Shown here: piece by piece, positions 1 to 13,801 of the stretch
Numbering within the stretch: the stretch's first letter is position 1
Layout: the number at the start of each line of letters is the position of its first letter
Assembly (NCBI GenBank): GCA_051362555.1
Contig: CM120645.1
Coordinates: 14,818,001-14,882,000, forward strand
DNA from: Lingula anatina
Taxonomy: Eukaryota; Animalia; Brachiopoda
Reading direction: 5' to 3'
DNA length: 64,000 nucleotides
Program-made: the position numbers and the translations under genes
Notes under the pieces: model-generated
Told to the model about the DNA's origin: nothing
What the model saw: the letters and a program-made list of their open reading frames with translations, nothing else
Databases searched by the model: none

Positions 1-411
1 AGTAAGAATAATAATCTTGCTGAAATTTTTTTCTCAACTTCTCCTGTCACTAATACTGCCCATATAGTGCAGACATAAAAATTTAATGACATTCAGAATA
101 TTACAAAAATTGTCATTTTTGCAAATCTATGGATTTTAGTTCTAACAGGCCTAGGTTGTCAATAAAATTGAACCAAATCCCCTACCAAGTGCAACACAAA
201 AATACAGAAAAATATTCACAATCTTGATAACAAATAACCCTCAAAAATACTTTTCCCTCTCCTCTTTAAGCAAAAAATGATGAACCTGTGCATTTACAAA
301 AGCCTCTATCATCCTCCATTAATGTTTCCATCAGCGCAGTTGCAAAATTATTTTTTTTAAAGTTAATATTTTTATGACACACATGTAGCTGATCAAACAC
401 TCACACATTAC

Positions 412-3400
412 CTTGAGAGACGTCCAAAAATGCTCCTTCAGACTTTGTCGGAATAGGAGGGGGTTTATCATCATCTTCACTGACCGCCCTGGCACGCTGT
501 AATGTATTGAAATGCTAGTTTTAAATCTACACGTTCAAAATGAAATGTGTAACCCTCATATTCAAAACCAATATATTAATACACTGCCAAAAAAAGAGCA
601 ATGCTAATTTTCAGTCATTTGTAAGGACATTATAACCATAAAAATGATTTCTAACAAAAAAAGAAAAAAACCAACAAATTTTAAACATAGTTCAGAGAAA
701 ATACTGAAACATAATAGTAGTGAGCATTTTAGGCACTGTATAATTAATTTATCGAATATCTAACAATGTATATGACATTTCTTTTCAAATCACCTGGAAT
801 GGCTGTTTCACCTCCGTAGGTCTGTTTTCCCTACTGCCAGGGGGGTTAACATCTGAAAGAACAACCACAAAAGTTTCATATTAAGTCTCATTGTACTATA
901 AATACAAGTCACATCAATAATTATACTAGCTTTTTATTTTGTCTTACAAACTGTCACATGTTTCCAACTCATATATGTCAAAACTAGCTAGCTATAGAAT
1001 GTATAGAATATATGCTGCCCCTGACTCCACACTGCCATATAAAATATTATTTTAATAAGTTTTGAAAAATTACAGAAAAGATGGATTTATAACCTGCTAT
1101 CCACAATAAATGAGATTTGCTGCCAAAAAAAAAAAAAAATTACTACAATTTATACCCAACCATTTTGTATAAACTCAATCCTGAAATGATCTCATCTCCT
1201 AAGATTGGGGGATTGTTTTCAAAGATATTCAAAACCATATTTTAAAATGAACCAACTTGTTGGTTTGTGAAGGACAAAGAACTGCCAGTTTCTGTATTCT
1301 GGTTGCTCAAAATGATTCCTCTTCATATTGAACTTCCTGGTACCGTAATTATTATAAATCCTTTCAATAGAAATGTTATGATTTCTATCTTTTGAAATTC
1401 TTATGTAATTTTGTTATATGCTGGAAAAACTGCAGCTTCTTCTTCAAAACCAAATATCCCATATGCCACAAAAGTTTCACAGGATTCAAACTAATGAAAA
1501 TGCTTCACAATGAAATTCTCTTGCAAGTAACAATTGCCAATTCCTGCTGCTGGTGATGATGACTTCACTGCACTATATCGACATAAGAGATAGTGCTTGC
1601 AGACAGCAGTAACTGTACTTAAGCTTACAAATGATCTCTCATTGTCCCAGTATAGTTTCAATTCAGAAAGCCTAAATTAAAAGTCATAATCAGAAAAACC
1701 TCATTAAATCAGTCAGCATACAGTTACTGGATGCACAGCTTTCCCACGGTATTTTCACTGACACAGGCAGTCTTTTTTATTACTGTTACAGTGTACAGGG
1801 TGACTGCAAAAGTTTGTACCACCTAAAAAAGCAAACCAGCACTTCCTACTTACTTCAAAATCTGATTTTCAGGTTTGAATGAAAAAAATTAAGCTTAGCC
1901 TAATAATTAGTTACTTAAGCAAGTAACTTTAAGTAATTAAGGCCCAAAATGTTATTCCATGGTTGAATTCCATTCAAACTGTGTATAATCATAGTGTGAA
2001 GGATTTTTGTAAGCACCCTGTATACCAGAACATAATATTAGTCTAATATTTCCTCTCAGTTTTATAGTGCCCTCTATAGCCAGTGGCAAAAACAACTGTA
2101 AACAGGCTATTAAAATAAACCCCACTCACCACCAGAACCATATCTAATGTGATTTATCTTTTTTATGGAAGATGAATCAGAAAAATGAGAAAAATAGGAT
2201 CATACTGATTTTTTTGTAAACATGTTTATGGCAAGATATAGAAAGTGGTAATTATGATGAACATACTGCACTGAAAATGTTTTAAAATTATCAATTTAAA
2301 ATGTACATGTACAGTAATTATAGCCGACATCACTGTAGTTTTTTCATGTGTCATTAAAGTGTAAGAATAGGCCAGTTTTGACTAAAATGAACACAAACCT
2401 TCAGCTAGAATTCAAGACTGCATGAACTTATAAAATTGGAACAATGACTGAACATTTTTGCAAACAAGTGGTAGGTAAAGTTTTCTGAACCACAACAGTT
2501 TGACTGGATTGATTATGCTATAGAGGGAAAGTTGGGGGGGGGGGGGGGGGTCTTACTCTCACAATCCACAATGTACCATTAGAAATTAACTGTTTAACAG
2601 GACATGTCCAGTGCAGGGACTCTGTAAACATGACTTTCTTACTAATAACACTTATAATACAATAAAAAAATTTAGTCAGTCTTCAAAATTTTGTTGGAAG
2701 ACGATTCTCCACTGACTTAATTTTTTTCACATTGAAAATTCTGTCAAACTTGAAAATGAGTCTCTCAAAAATTTTGAAAAGTTTGTCACCTAATATGTCC
2801 TGATGTCAGATAAATGCATTTTAAAATGTTAATTAATTTTTAAATTAATAAAAAAAATTAATAAAAAAGTTTTTACCCTAGCATGCAGTTGTCCATTACT
2901 AAAAGTGCAGCAACACGGTGAACTGTTTGACATACTCAATGTGAAAAGGGCCTGTTAAAAAAGCTTCAGCAGGGGACATGAAGCCCTACTTACCACGTTC
3001 TGAACTTTTTAAAAGTACAGGTTCATAAGTTTGCCCTTCTCTTTGTGGACTGCCATCTTGTGATGACCTCTTTTTTCGCGGAGGTGCTTTAGGATTTGGG
3101 CCACCAACTGAAGAATTATCAAAGAACCCCTTTGATGATGAAAGAGGCATTTGTTTACAATGCTCGAAGGAATATGAATACTCAAGAGAGTTCGGTTCTT
3201 TTGTTTCTTCAATCTTGGGAATTAATGCTGGTGGACGAGCATCATTCTGTGAACTCCTTTTACCAAAGAGCTCCCTCGTTGTGGAGTATGGCTCAGCATA
3301 TTCTCCCGATGACTCGGAAACTGTGGACTGAGAATCCAGGAATGGGTCTGCATACTCATGTGCAACAGGGGGCGTAGCTGAAGACTTACTTGGAAAAGAA

Positions 3401-6400
3401 TTTTCTTGCTTTTTTCTGCCAAAGAGTCCCATTTCACTGGTCACAGAATATGGCGCAGCTGCTTCATCTTCAAAATCATTATTGTGGCCCCTTTGTACTG
3501 TTTTGCCTTTCAGCCCAAATTCGCTACTGGAAGCATATGGCTGTATATCATCAGAACTTGAAGTATGTGACCCAGTGACTGTCTCGTGAGTGGAGTTTCT
3601 CAACTGGACATTTGACACTGCATACGGGACAGCTTGAGGCTGTGCCATTGGTTGACTTTTCCTAACACCAGAGGGCAGTGGGATGGGCTGCGCCTTGTTA
3701 ATAACACCATGCTGTTGCTGGTTAACATTTGTAGAAGCCCTGTTCTCCGGTTCAGCAGTCCGCAGACCCCCTTGTGCAGCTTTCAGTTCCTTCATAAAGC
3801 CATCAGACACAGGTGTGACCCCAGGCGGTGGTGGTTTTTCCAACGGGGCATTCTGGGATTGCATGACTGCAGCGTAGGCTGGATCAACACTAACACACGA
3901 GCCACAGCCCAGCTGAAAGGCAGATTTAAGATGCTCTAAGGGGCCGCCCTTTTCTTCATGATGGGGTTTACTGTGCTGATCTTTACCGCTGTGGTCTTTG
4001 TCTTCATCAAATGACTTTTTTTTCTTATGGTCAGAAGATTTAAGATTGCCTTCACCACTGATTTTGTTCTTTAGCTTCTGCAAAGGGTTCAGTTTGTGAT
4101 GGTCCTCAGAGGCTGAGGACTTCTTGCCTTGCTCACTGCCTAATACTAAATCTGATCCGAGTTTTTGCCTCAATTCGGATACAGACTGGGATCTGGCATC
4201 ATCTTCTTTACTGGAGATTTGAATATGCGCAGCTTCTTGGGAAGGCAGATTTTGTTCTTTTTGAACCGGCCATATTCCTTCATAATGTGCATTCTCTTTC
4301 AAGTGCACATTGCCTATTGCGTAAGGCATAACAGGTGACACAGGGTCTTTCCTGTCAAAAATTCTGCCCTCTTGATTCTCCCCTTTCACAGCTATTACAG
4401 TTACATTTTGGCCCTTTAACGAACTGCTATCTTGGACTGCCTGATGTCCTTTTTGCATTGTGTCAGCGGAAGACTTTCTGGTGGAAGAAGCATCAACACT
4501 GCTTTGCGTTTTTTCGAATGACTTAACCTTTGCATTGACATGTGTACCTCCGTGCATTGTATAACTAGAACTCTGATCAACTCCATCAGCGACTTGCAAA
4601 TTTCTGCTTTCATTTGAGGGTTTTCTTGCCACTGTGGCTTTTGCAGCTGGCATCGGGTCCATCTCCTTAATACTGATCCTTTTAGGCAAGTCAACATTCA
4701 CATATTCATCACGCTTCTGAACCTCAGTCTGCCCCTGGACAGGAAGAGGATCCCCCTTTACTACAGTTTTCAATAGGGGTTTCCCAGTCTCTGCCATGGT
4801 GCTTTTAGGAATGTCAACATTTACATATTCCTCGCGTCGCTCTTCTCTGGGGGGTCCAACAAGTCCTTTTTCTGGTGGATGACGAGGTACATGCCCGGAA
4901 GAATCTGGCACTAAAAAATCGGCTTGCTTTGAAGCCAGTTTGGCAACGGTTTTCTCGATGGCAATTTCAGCAGGGTGGATCCTGGCTGGGGCAGCCTGGG
5001 GAGGTTTTGAGGGGCCCTTGAATGGGGAAGCTGCAGCCTGCACAACACCATGAGCAGGTTCAGGAATAGCATAGTCATCTTCTTGGTTAATGGGTGCTGC
5101 AGAAAGTGAACATAAAACACCACTTATCTCCCTGGTTACAAAGAGATTACATATATTACTGACACTTCTGTTAATAATTTGCAAAATGAGTCAACTGGTT
5201 TCAGAAACATTCCCAGTTTCTTTGGAGAGATTACATACAGGCTATAAATCAAATCATTAGAAAGGTTATTATTCTAGTTCAATCTATTACCTTAGAGCAA
5301 CTCATATCACTACTATAAACAAGTAACTGGATACTAGTTTAGTTTTTAAAAAAAATATCCCAAATACTTACCTGTGCTTTCAAAAACATCAACATTCTCA
5401 TAAGGATCATACGAGTCCTGAATCAACAAAATACAACTTACAAGTTAAACAAGAAAATTATAAAATGAATTATTATAAGATAAGGTAATAAAACTTTTGA
5501 AATGGTTGTATACATAAACTCACCAAGGTCTAACAATGGTCATCTTTAAACATTCTTTCCCCCTCCCTCACCCCTCAACTCAAGATCACAATGCAGACTG
5601 TTTAAATCTACAGTGACTGTAATGATTTTCAAATGGCTTTTTACAAGTATCCATGCTCTGAAAGTGTAGGTTGGAGACTTTTTTTTTGCAGACTACAGTT
5701 CCATCTATATCTGACAGAAGAAACTCATCAACCATGTGTGCCCTTGTGTTCAATTTCTGTTACTGACAGACAAGAATTATGCCAATTCATTCAAAGTCAA
5801 AAAGAGTTTACCTCCTTTTCATATGTGCTTCCCTCTCCCACCTGGACATTTTCATACGAATGCCTTTCAATTATACGTAAGTGGCGTTCAAATAGTTCCC
5901 TGACTGCCATGAACACAAACCAGTATTGATCCTAGAAGATAAATAAACCAACAATAAAAAAAAAGACAGCAAACTTGTCAAATGGACAGAAGTGTAACTG
6001 ATAAAATTTATAGAAGTATTGCCATTTAAACAGTCTAAAGTGCCTGACTATCATGAACACAAACAAGTTTATTTCCTAGAATAGAAAAATCTACAATGAA
6101 AATAATACATCATCTGCATTATAAAAGATTTTTCTATAAGTTCATACATAATTTTTGACCATTTCTGCTGTTCAAAATACTTGCTTGAAATAGAAAAGGG
6201 CATTTTGCTTATCAGTTTTCATTAAATTTCTCAAAAGAATTTATAAAATCAAGATTTAACATACTAGGGATTTAAGTTACAATAAAAGTAATAAATAAGC
6301 AAAAATAATGCTTACAGGAGTTTGCACAGCTGATGGCCTCTGCCTTCTCATTTCATCAATAACATTAAACAAGTTGAAGTCCTTTGTAAGTTTCTAGAAC

Positions 6401-9400
6401 AAGAGACAAAACAAAAATAAAATCATTTACACCAAATGTGCAAACAAATCCAACTTTTCCTTCTTTCTCAGTATATTAGTAACAAACAATGTTAATTTAT
6501 GATTAATTCACATGAACTTTGTTTCAATGTTTGCAACTGCAGTTTAATGGTTAATGGTTAATGAAATTGCTATGTTAATTGCATTTCTTCAAATGGTTTC
6601 AAAGCTGTTAAACCATTGTAAAAAGGCACTAAAGGACCATTCCCATACCCTATCGTACTAGCAGGATCGATATATCTCCAAGGGGTTTCTCGCTAAATTG
6701 CCCCCTACCAGCTTCAGATGGCATGACAGACATTTAAGCCACTTAAAACGAATGCAATTCAGCCAGAATCCCCTCAGAGTTAGATCTATCCTGCTTTTAC
6801 GATAGGTTTATAAGAACCCAGTCTAAGATATGGTGCTGCTTTGGCTAACAGGTCACTTCTGTATGTCATAAGCCTAGGGATCTTCACAATGAGTTAGGAC
6901 AAAATGGCTTATGCGCACCAACTCAGTGGTTACTCTTGCTGATTACAATCAGACTAAAGGACTAACACACCTCCTCTTGTTTCCAATGCCCTTTTAAAAT
7001 CACCAGCCTCTTTGTATTCTATCAATGCCAGGAGGAGGCATGTCAGTTTGTTAATCTGACTGCACTCAGCAGGAGTCCCCATGGAGCTAGTGCCCACTAG
7101 CTACTGCGTCTTAAATCAATCTGAATAGCCCCCTGACACCTTTCAGTACTTACTCCTTTTTTAAGTAAGCTCCAGCAGTAGTCTATGGCAATTATGGTCC
7201 CTGTTCTACCACACCCAGCACTGAAAATAATATTTGTACTTTACGTAAGGCCAGTCTGTGATGCAGTGTGTGATACAGTTTTAAGAATGCGTCTTGAACA
7301 AATAATTAAAATAAAAAGGTTACTGCTACAGTATCTGAAATTATTAAATTTCTTTTAAAAAACAAAAAATTGCACCCAGCACTGAAAAAAATATTTGTAC
7401 TTTACGTAAGGCCAGTCTGTGATGCAGTGTGTGATACAGTTTTAAGAATGCGTCTTGAACAAATAATTAAAAAAAAAAGGTTACTGTTACAGTATCTGAA
7501 ATTATTAAATTTCTTTTAAAAAACAAAAAATAGCAAAAACAAAATTCTACCAATATTTTTGGGAAAAAAGAACATTTCCACAATACATACCTAAAGATAT
7601 TATGTGATAGTGGCAATGCTGTACACTTTATTCAGTTTTAGGGGTGATTTTGGGGGAAATGCAAGTATGTATGCCAAATAATATACTGCCACCATCTTGC
7701 CATATGTGCCTTTTACACCTCTCACTAATACTTGAGGTGTTCCCACATATATTTTTCAGGTGACAGTGTATGATCTCATACATAAAAGCAGATATTCAAT
7801 CTATACAATAGGTACAGAGAAGACCATATTAAAGTCATTTTTGGTGTAAGGCACCTACTAGGTGTGAGTCAAACAACACATACCTGCAATGGACCACAAT
7901 TGGTAGAGTTTCTTGCTTTTGTTTTTCCCGTGCCTCGGCTACAAGGTCTAGGATATAGTCATAATGGTCTGGTACTCCATGGTCCGGCCATGCTGTATAA
8001 TGAAGCTGATATACGACCTTGCAAATGTTGGCTTTTCTGATCTCTAGTTCCCGAAGAGTATAGTCTGGTGATTGGTGGTCTTCCTTTGTCTTTAATAGAA
8101 ACATTTCACAGTATATAATACACTTAAATGGGAATTTAAGCACCTTTATGGAATTCAAACCTTATACATAAATGGCAACTTTAAAGGAATAGGGGGTATG
8201 TCTTGGTATCAAAATGAAAAATGTTTTGTCATCACTAAACCTCCTAAATAAACAAAATTAAAAAACAATCAAGAGACATTGGCATTAATTGGAAATATCA
8301 CAGCTACACTCAATGTCCATTTCTTTAAGTATCTAAAACTGCCCCCCTTCCCTCACATGAATTTATTTTATTTTATTATGTTTGCATAGTTAACTGACTT
8401 TAAATTATGGCACATAGTTTACCATGATCTTATACGTATCCAATAAAAATGCATCCTCAAAATCATTCTTTTTTTAATTTAAACCATTTATTTTTTACCA
8501 GTGTGATTAAAAGGTCTCCAAACTGGACCTCCCTATCTAACTCAGGCCAATACTTCTCACATTTGGTCTAAAGAGAAAATAAATATAACATTATTACTAG
8601 ACTAATCGAAATACATTCCAGATGTTAGAATAATTACTCTTATAGCTTGTATGAATAATCAATATACCAGATTAAGACATCTGTTGCAATTTAGGTGATC
8701 TATGTAGATTTCCAGCTCAAAGTGAATCATAAAAATATAGACGTCATTATATTAATATATAAATAGTAACCACCATGCACATAATATACAGTTTATCTAT
8801 TAAAATAGTTTTATGATTAAGTTGGAAAACTGACCAAGATATGTAAGACGTGATGTTGTTTGGTCAAATTTGTTTTAATTTATAAATAACAGAATCAAAA
8901 GGCTACAGGCGTCTCTGAATGTTATACAAAATATGAATAACTACTAGTATACAGAGGACACCTACTCATGAACAGTTTTAATTGTTTATTACACCAAAAC
9001 ATTTTTACTATACAGCATCAATATTACACAGCTTTGTCAAATGGGAAATAACAAATAACCTTTGTGCACTAATCAGGCCCGTAACCAGCAATTTCAAAAG
9101 GGGGGTTCTTTTTCTGAAAAAGTGGACCTTTTACCATGGAACCCTTATGTCCTTAGAGAAAATTTTACCCAGAGGGGGCATTTTCCCTTCCCTCCCCCCA
9201 CCCCCCCTCCAGCTACGTGCCTGACTAAAAATAAACTTAACAAAATCCATCAAGTAGACCAGTAGAATTCTTACCTTGCCAGCTTCCCTTAAATTGCAAG
9301 CCATGAGGACCACCTTCACCTCATTCTCCCAGATCATTCTCCAGAAGTCTATCACAGATGTCGGCAGTGGAGCCTGAGCTGCTATGTAAGTGTTGTGACC

Positions 9401-12400
9401 AGATACACCCTGTATACAATACAATACAATACAATACAATACAATACAAAAAAACAATACAATAACATGATCACTATGTAACCCACAGTTAAAGATACTA
9501 TAAGTTTCTATCAACACAGATCCGTGCAGAATAAAACAAAAAAACTTCACATGTACCTGACCTAAATAACATAGAAATCTCACTGCACTTCACACTTGAT
9601 TAAATGATAAAGTGATTTAATAATAGTTTATTAGATTTATGATTCATTTTAGTGTATTTATTCACTCCAGCATCTTGTTCCATTATGGTTTTATTCAATA
9701 TTTGTCACGAGAACTCTAAATACCTAAATCACAATACCATTAAATTAACTTAACATGGGGCAACAAAACTTTTGTAAAAAAAAAATAAATAAACAAAAAC
9801 TGAGACCATGAATTTTATTGTACACCTGAAAAAAAAGATGATCTGATATATTTTGGTGTAAAAAATAACCACAACACTTTCTTATTATAATCAGATGAGT
9901 TATGATTATACATAAATGAAAGTACACCATGAGACAGTCGAAAATAGACTAAGGAAGATAACAACTTAGTAATTTCATTTTGATGTAGACATTTGGTTTT
10001 CTACCACGAGGCAACAACACCTGAATCAGTGCCCTATTTTGTGTGTTTGTGTATCCATCTTTCATTGTAATTCATCACTGACAAGGTCACTAATGTGTTG
10101 AAAGCTTCAACAATTAAGAAATCCCATGCAGTGCAATTGTGCCTATATCACATGCAGTGCAATTGTGCCTAAATAAACATCACATGTATCAGGAGGTTTA
10201 AGTATGAAACTATTCATTTTCAGCCATCTGACCCAGTTTAGATACAAAACCATTTTATTTTGAAACTTATCAGTATCCTGTATACCGTTTATATAAGTCA
10301 AACCTACACAAGGGTTGAACAATCCCCCTATACCGTATCAGGCTTCTATCCAGGAAGTTAAAACTGACATATTTAATTTAATTGCCTTGGATAGCTTACA
10401 GCACTGTCCTTACAAATTATGTTAAACTTCCTTGCAGCTGATGTAGGAGTTCATTGTTTGCAATATGTTTGAAAACAATATCTACAATGCATACTTGAAC
10501 CAAATGAAATAATAATTATCTCCTTTCCAGTGCTGCTTTTATAAAATTGATGATTACTTAAAACTGATGATTCCAATATTTCTGAAATGTTACTTGGCTC
10601 AATGTCCAAAGGTAAATTTTTGTGAGCAATATGATAAATCTTTAGAAAAGTAAAATACTGGAACAAGTAAGCTGGTGATTGAAAATTTTGTATTAACTGT
10701 AAAATACATACCTTGACATAGTTAGCATTGATGTAATCAGAGCCGGTTAGTCCAGGTACAGGTTGCAAGGGAACTCTTGTGTACTCAACTGAAAATAGTT
10801 TTTATTGTTTAACTTATATTTTATCACATCAAAGAAAGTTATTAGAACATTATTCTAAGACTCTGTCAAATTTTCCACTAAATCTATTTTTATTGGGACA
10901 TCTAGTGATCAGTTTAGTGCAGGCATTAAAACTTTGTCTTTAGAATCAACAAATGTCTGACATGTCCTAATGAAGACCAATGAAGTCAATCAAAAATTAG
11001 ACAGAGAAAAAAGTGTAATAACTGAAAATAATAATGGCCCACAGTAATATATCTATTTATAAGGACTTGAGAAAAATTTTTTTTTCAAAAGTGAAACATT
11101 ACTAGAATTCAATCATGGAATTTCAGAAGGGAACAAATCAAATGCAAAACAAAATGGTGCCTGTTACCAGATACTTCCTATTTACATGTATGTTTGTTTA
11201 ATTTAACATCTGCAGAGTTTTAGCCCCATAACAGTTTTAGGAAGACTATCTTTCCAATGGCTTAAGCTGCACATTTTCATTTTCATTTTCGGCGAAAGTT
11301 GATTTCTAAGTAGATAAGTAGTTCAAAAGTATTTGACAAGGCCATAAAATAATTTTGCAGGCATACTTGTAGATAGGTTTATAACATATTAGAAAAATAT
11401 CATTGAGAAAAAAAAACAATGTTAAAGAACCGAATGATTCAATACAATAAGAGCAGACCTTTTTTTAAAAATATAAAATGCTAGATATCAATCAACATCT
11501 CTCAGAAGCAGATTTTTATCACTTAAATGGTGCGAAGGGTTATTTAGAAAATGTTTTGCAGAAAATTTTCAAAGAAGAAATTAGTAGAAAAACTGATAAA
11601 TCACTCTAGAATTATCCATAAAAAGCATATATATACATTATTCTACTTCTATAACATATAATTACCAATAACCTGTTACAAACTACCTTCAATGACAAAA
11701 CAAACTACCTTCAATGACAAAAAAGTATGCATAACAATTTTGTTACATCTGCATCAACACAATATACAATTACATTTATCATATCAAGCATATGAAACTC
11801 ACATGGAAGAATATCTTTGTATCTGTTCTTCACTCCATTGTATAGTTTCTGACCAGCTGAGCTAGAGTAAGTGTTTTTATATTCCAAACTCCGCTGCTTC
11901 AATTCCTGTACAAAAGAAGAGAAGAAAATTTAAAGTGATGAGGAAAGAATTTATCTTATAAACTCCCTTCGAATTTTATTGATATTTGCAAGTCCGAGAA
12001 TATAGGTGTGTTGTAAATAATGAGAAGGGCATGGCAATGACCTTCAGAGTGTGACATTAATCATTTCTCTCCTACAACACCAGTTGTCTTATAGACTGAA
12101 TAAGGTGACCAAAAGATAAATATAAATTTTATTGACTAAGGTGACATTTAATCCACCAAAGAAAGGAAAAAAACATTGAAATAAAATAAAATATAGTACC
12201 TATAATTCTCTACGCTATTTAATAGGGTCAAAATCCAAGCCTAAAAACAATAAATCTGCCATTGCAGCAAGTACACATACCTAGCATGAAATTCATGTGT
12301 GAACACTACTACTGACAATATTGATATGCACACTGTGTACATGATAAAAGTGAAAGTGCCAGGGCATCTCCTGATGTTTACATACAGTACATGTAGATGA

Positions 12401-12873
12401 GTGAAAGTGGCACAAGATGTCTATACATGCCTAAACGTACTGTATAAACCATGCATATCCTAACATCTTTTTTTAAAAAATAGAGGTCAAATGGTAGTGA
12501 TATGACTTATATAAACATGCAGTGTATGTTCGGTGTGTGTGTACATTTTATTGTATGTACAGAATGATTTGATTACAAAATACATGTACATGTACATGTA
12601 ACAATAACAGTTTGAGTCGACGCCTTCTTTCTCTCTCGTATCACACATCTAATTCCGCATATTCCACAAATCTGCTTAATCTGCTGATATACTTCCTCAA
12701 TTACCACCATAGGAATGTGACCACATATACTGGGTAAAGTAACATGTACAAGTGAAAAGCAAAATATGACTCACAGCAAAATCTCTCTCAAAGCCATCAC
12801 GACCGTCGTCGTCCTTTTCGTCCAAAGAATCCGTATGGCGGACAAAGTCCTCCAGTATTTCCCTGATGGACAT
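412..12873 (-). CDS. PTPN12: Non-receptor tyrosine phosphatase, PTP-PEST family (PTPN12/18/22-like); multi-exon, 3' end lies beyond the window start
   Basis: Phase-compatible GT-AG exons: 12873-12775, 11905-11803, 10788-10712, 9409-9275, 8567-8499, 8089-7884, 7220-7154, 6393-6316, 5931-5812, 5417-5372, 5096-2994, 852-794, 496-412. Spliced protein has MSIREILEDF..., KNRYKDILPF, DYINANY, DFWRMIWE, KCEKYWP, WPDHGVP, HCSAGCGRTG, QTPDQY. The late exon PPPIPTKSEGAF resembles the Csk-SH3-binding PPPLPERTPESF motif of this family. Confidence 0.93.
1796..2020. mobile_element. Tc1/mariner-type MITE
   Basis: TA|CAGGGTGACTGCAAAA ... TTTTTGTAAGCACCCTG|TA: imperfect terminal inverted repeats with TA target duplication, no ORF. 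Confidence 0.6.
6640..6822. mobile_element. Probable MITE, related to 15044-15253
   Basis: Imperfect inverted ends (CATACCCTATCGTACTAGCAGGATCGAT / ATCTATCCTGCTTTTACGATAGGTTTAT); a similar GATCGATCTA/AGATCTAT architecture occurs at 15044-15253. Confidence 0.4.
7212..7531. repeat. Tandem duplication of ~161 bp covering the splice acceptor of the PTP catalytic exon
   Basis: CACCCAGCACTGAAAA...TCTTTTAAAAAACAAAAAAT occurs at ~7212-7370 and ~7373-7531, nearly identical. Confidence 0.9.
9074..9223 (-). mobile_element. MITE with CAGGCCCGTAGCCAG-type TIRs; same family as 15778-15930
   Basis: Ends CAGGCCCGTAACCAG ... CCAGCTACGTGCCTG; internal similarity (AAAAGGTCCAC, CTCTGGGTAAAA) to 15778-15930 in reverse orientation. 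Confidence 0.65.
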
Positions 12874-12966
12874 CGTCTTTGGTTATCCGCTAAATAACTG
12901 AAGTCATGTTTTAATATTCTCAATCGCCGAGTCCGAGGGTTAGGTTAGTTCTCGGAAAACAACAAC

Positions 12967-13000
12967 CCGGAAGTCAACATTGTTGATACTGGCGCCATCT
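12967..13000 (-). promoter_or_regulatory. ETS- and YY1-type promoter motifs upstream of the phosphatase start codon
   Basis: CCGGAAGT at 12967-12974 and GGCGCCATCT (AGATGGCGCC on -) at 12991-13000, ~100 nt 5' of the ATG in a CpG-containing patch. Confidence 0.55.
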
Positions 13001-13238
13001 GTTGGATAAAGGAGTTTGGGAAATTCTGCCTCGCTTTCGTCCCAGACTTTTTATCTGCAAAAAAAAAAAAATAAATAAATAGATAAATAACTACCAGTAA
13101 TGTCGGAAATTTTGTTGGTTTTGTGAACGCAGGAATTCCAAGATAATTACATGACTTAGCTGTCAACATCGACTACTGCCAGAGAGCGAGATTACCTCGC
13201 ATGCCCCACAGGGTAGCCTACATGCCCCCCCCCCCCCC

Positions 13239-13272
<34 letters not shown>

Positions 13273-13801
13273 CTCTTTTTACAAACGTTGGATTTTAATG
13301 CTTTGGAAAGTAATGTTTCGTTTTTTATATTTTTTTATTTTCATCAGTTTGTTAGCAGTTTGCTATAATCGAATATACTTTGACTACACATTAAAATATA
13401 CTGGTAATATTGAAAAATAAAATCGGCAAGAAGGCCTAAGTAGGCCTAATTTAATTAATTTTAATTAAAGTCTTTCAATGTTTCAAGAATTCTATCTGCT
13501 GTTTTACAACTTAGCCATAATAGCAGCCTGTTTGAATAAATGATTAAAACGATTCAGTTTTTCGCACTCTGTGAACGTCGTGTCGATCGCTTTCATCGGG
13601 AATTGAGCTTATTGCCCACTTCAGGTAGATGTGACAATCGTAAACCTATAACCTATGTACCTGTTGATTCTTCAGAGCTGTTTTTTCGTACTGTCGCCCT
13701 TTTCTCCACAAGCAACGATACAACCTAAACCTAGCGAACTTTTCCTTCTTTTAAATACAACTATATATAGGCATATTGCTCAAGTCACACTTCAGGCTCT
13801 T

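Noticed and set aside
2130-2205. Possible extra phosphatase exon ending at a GTGAGT donor
   Set aside because: No acceptor gives a phase-compatible open frame, and the flanking exons already join in phase
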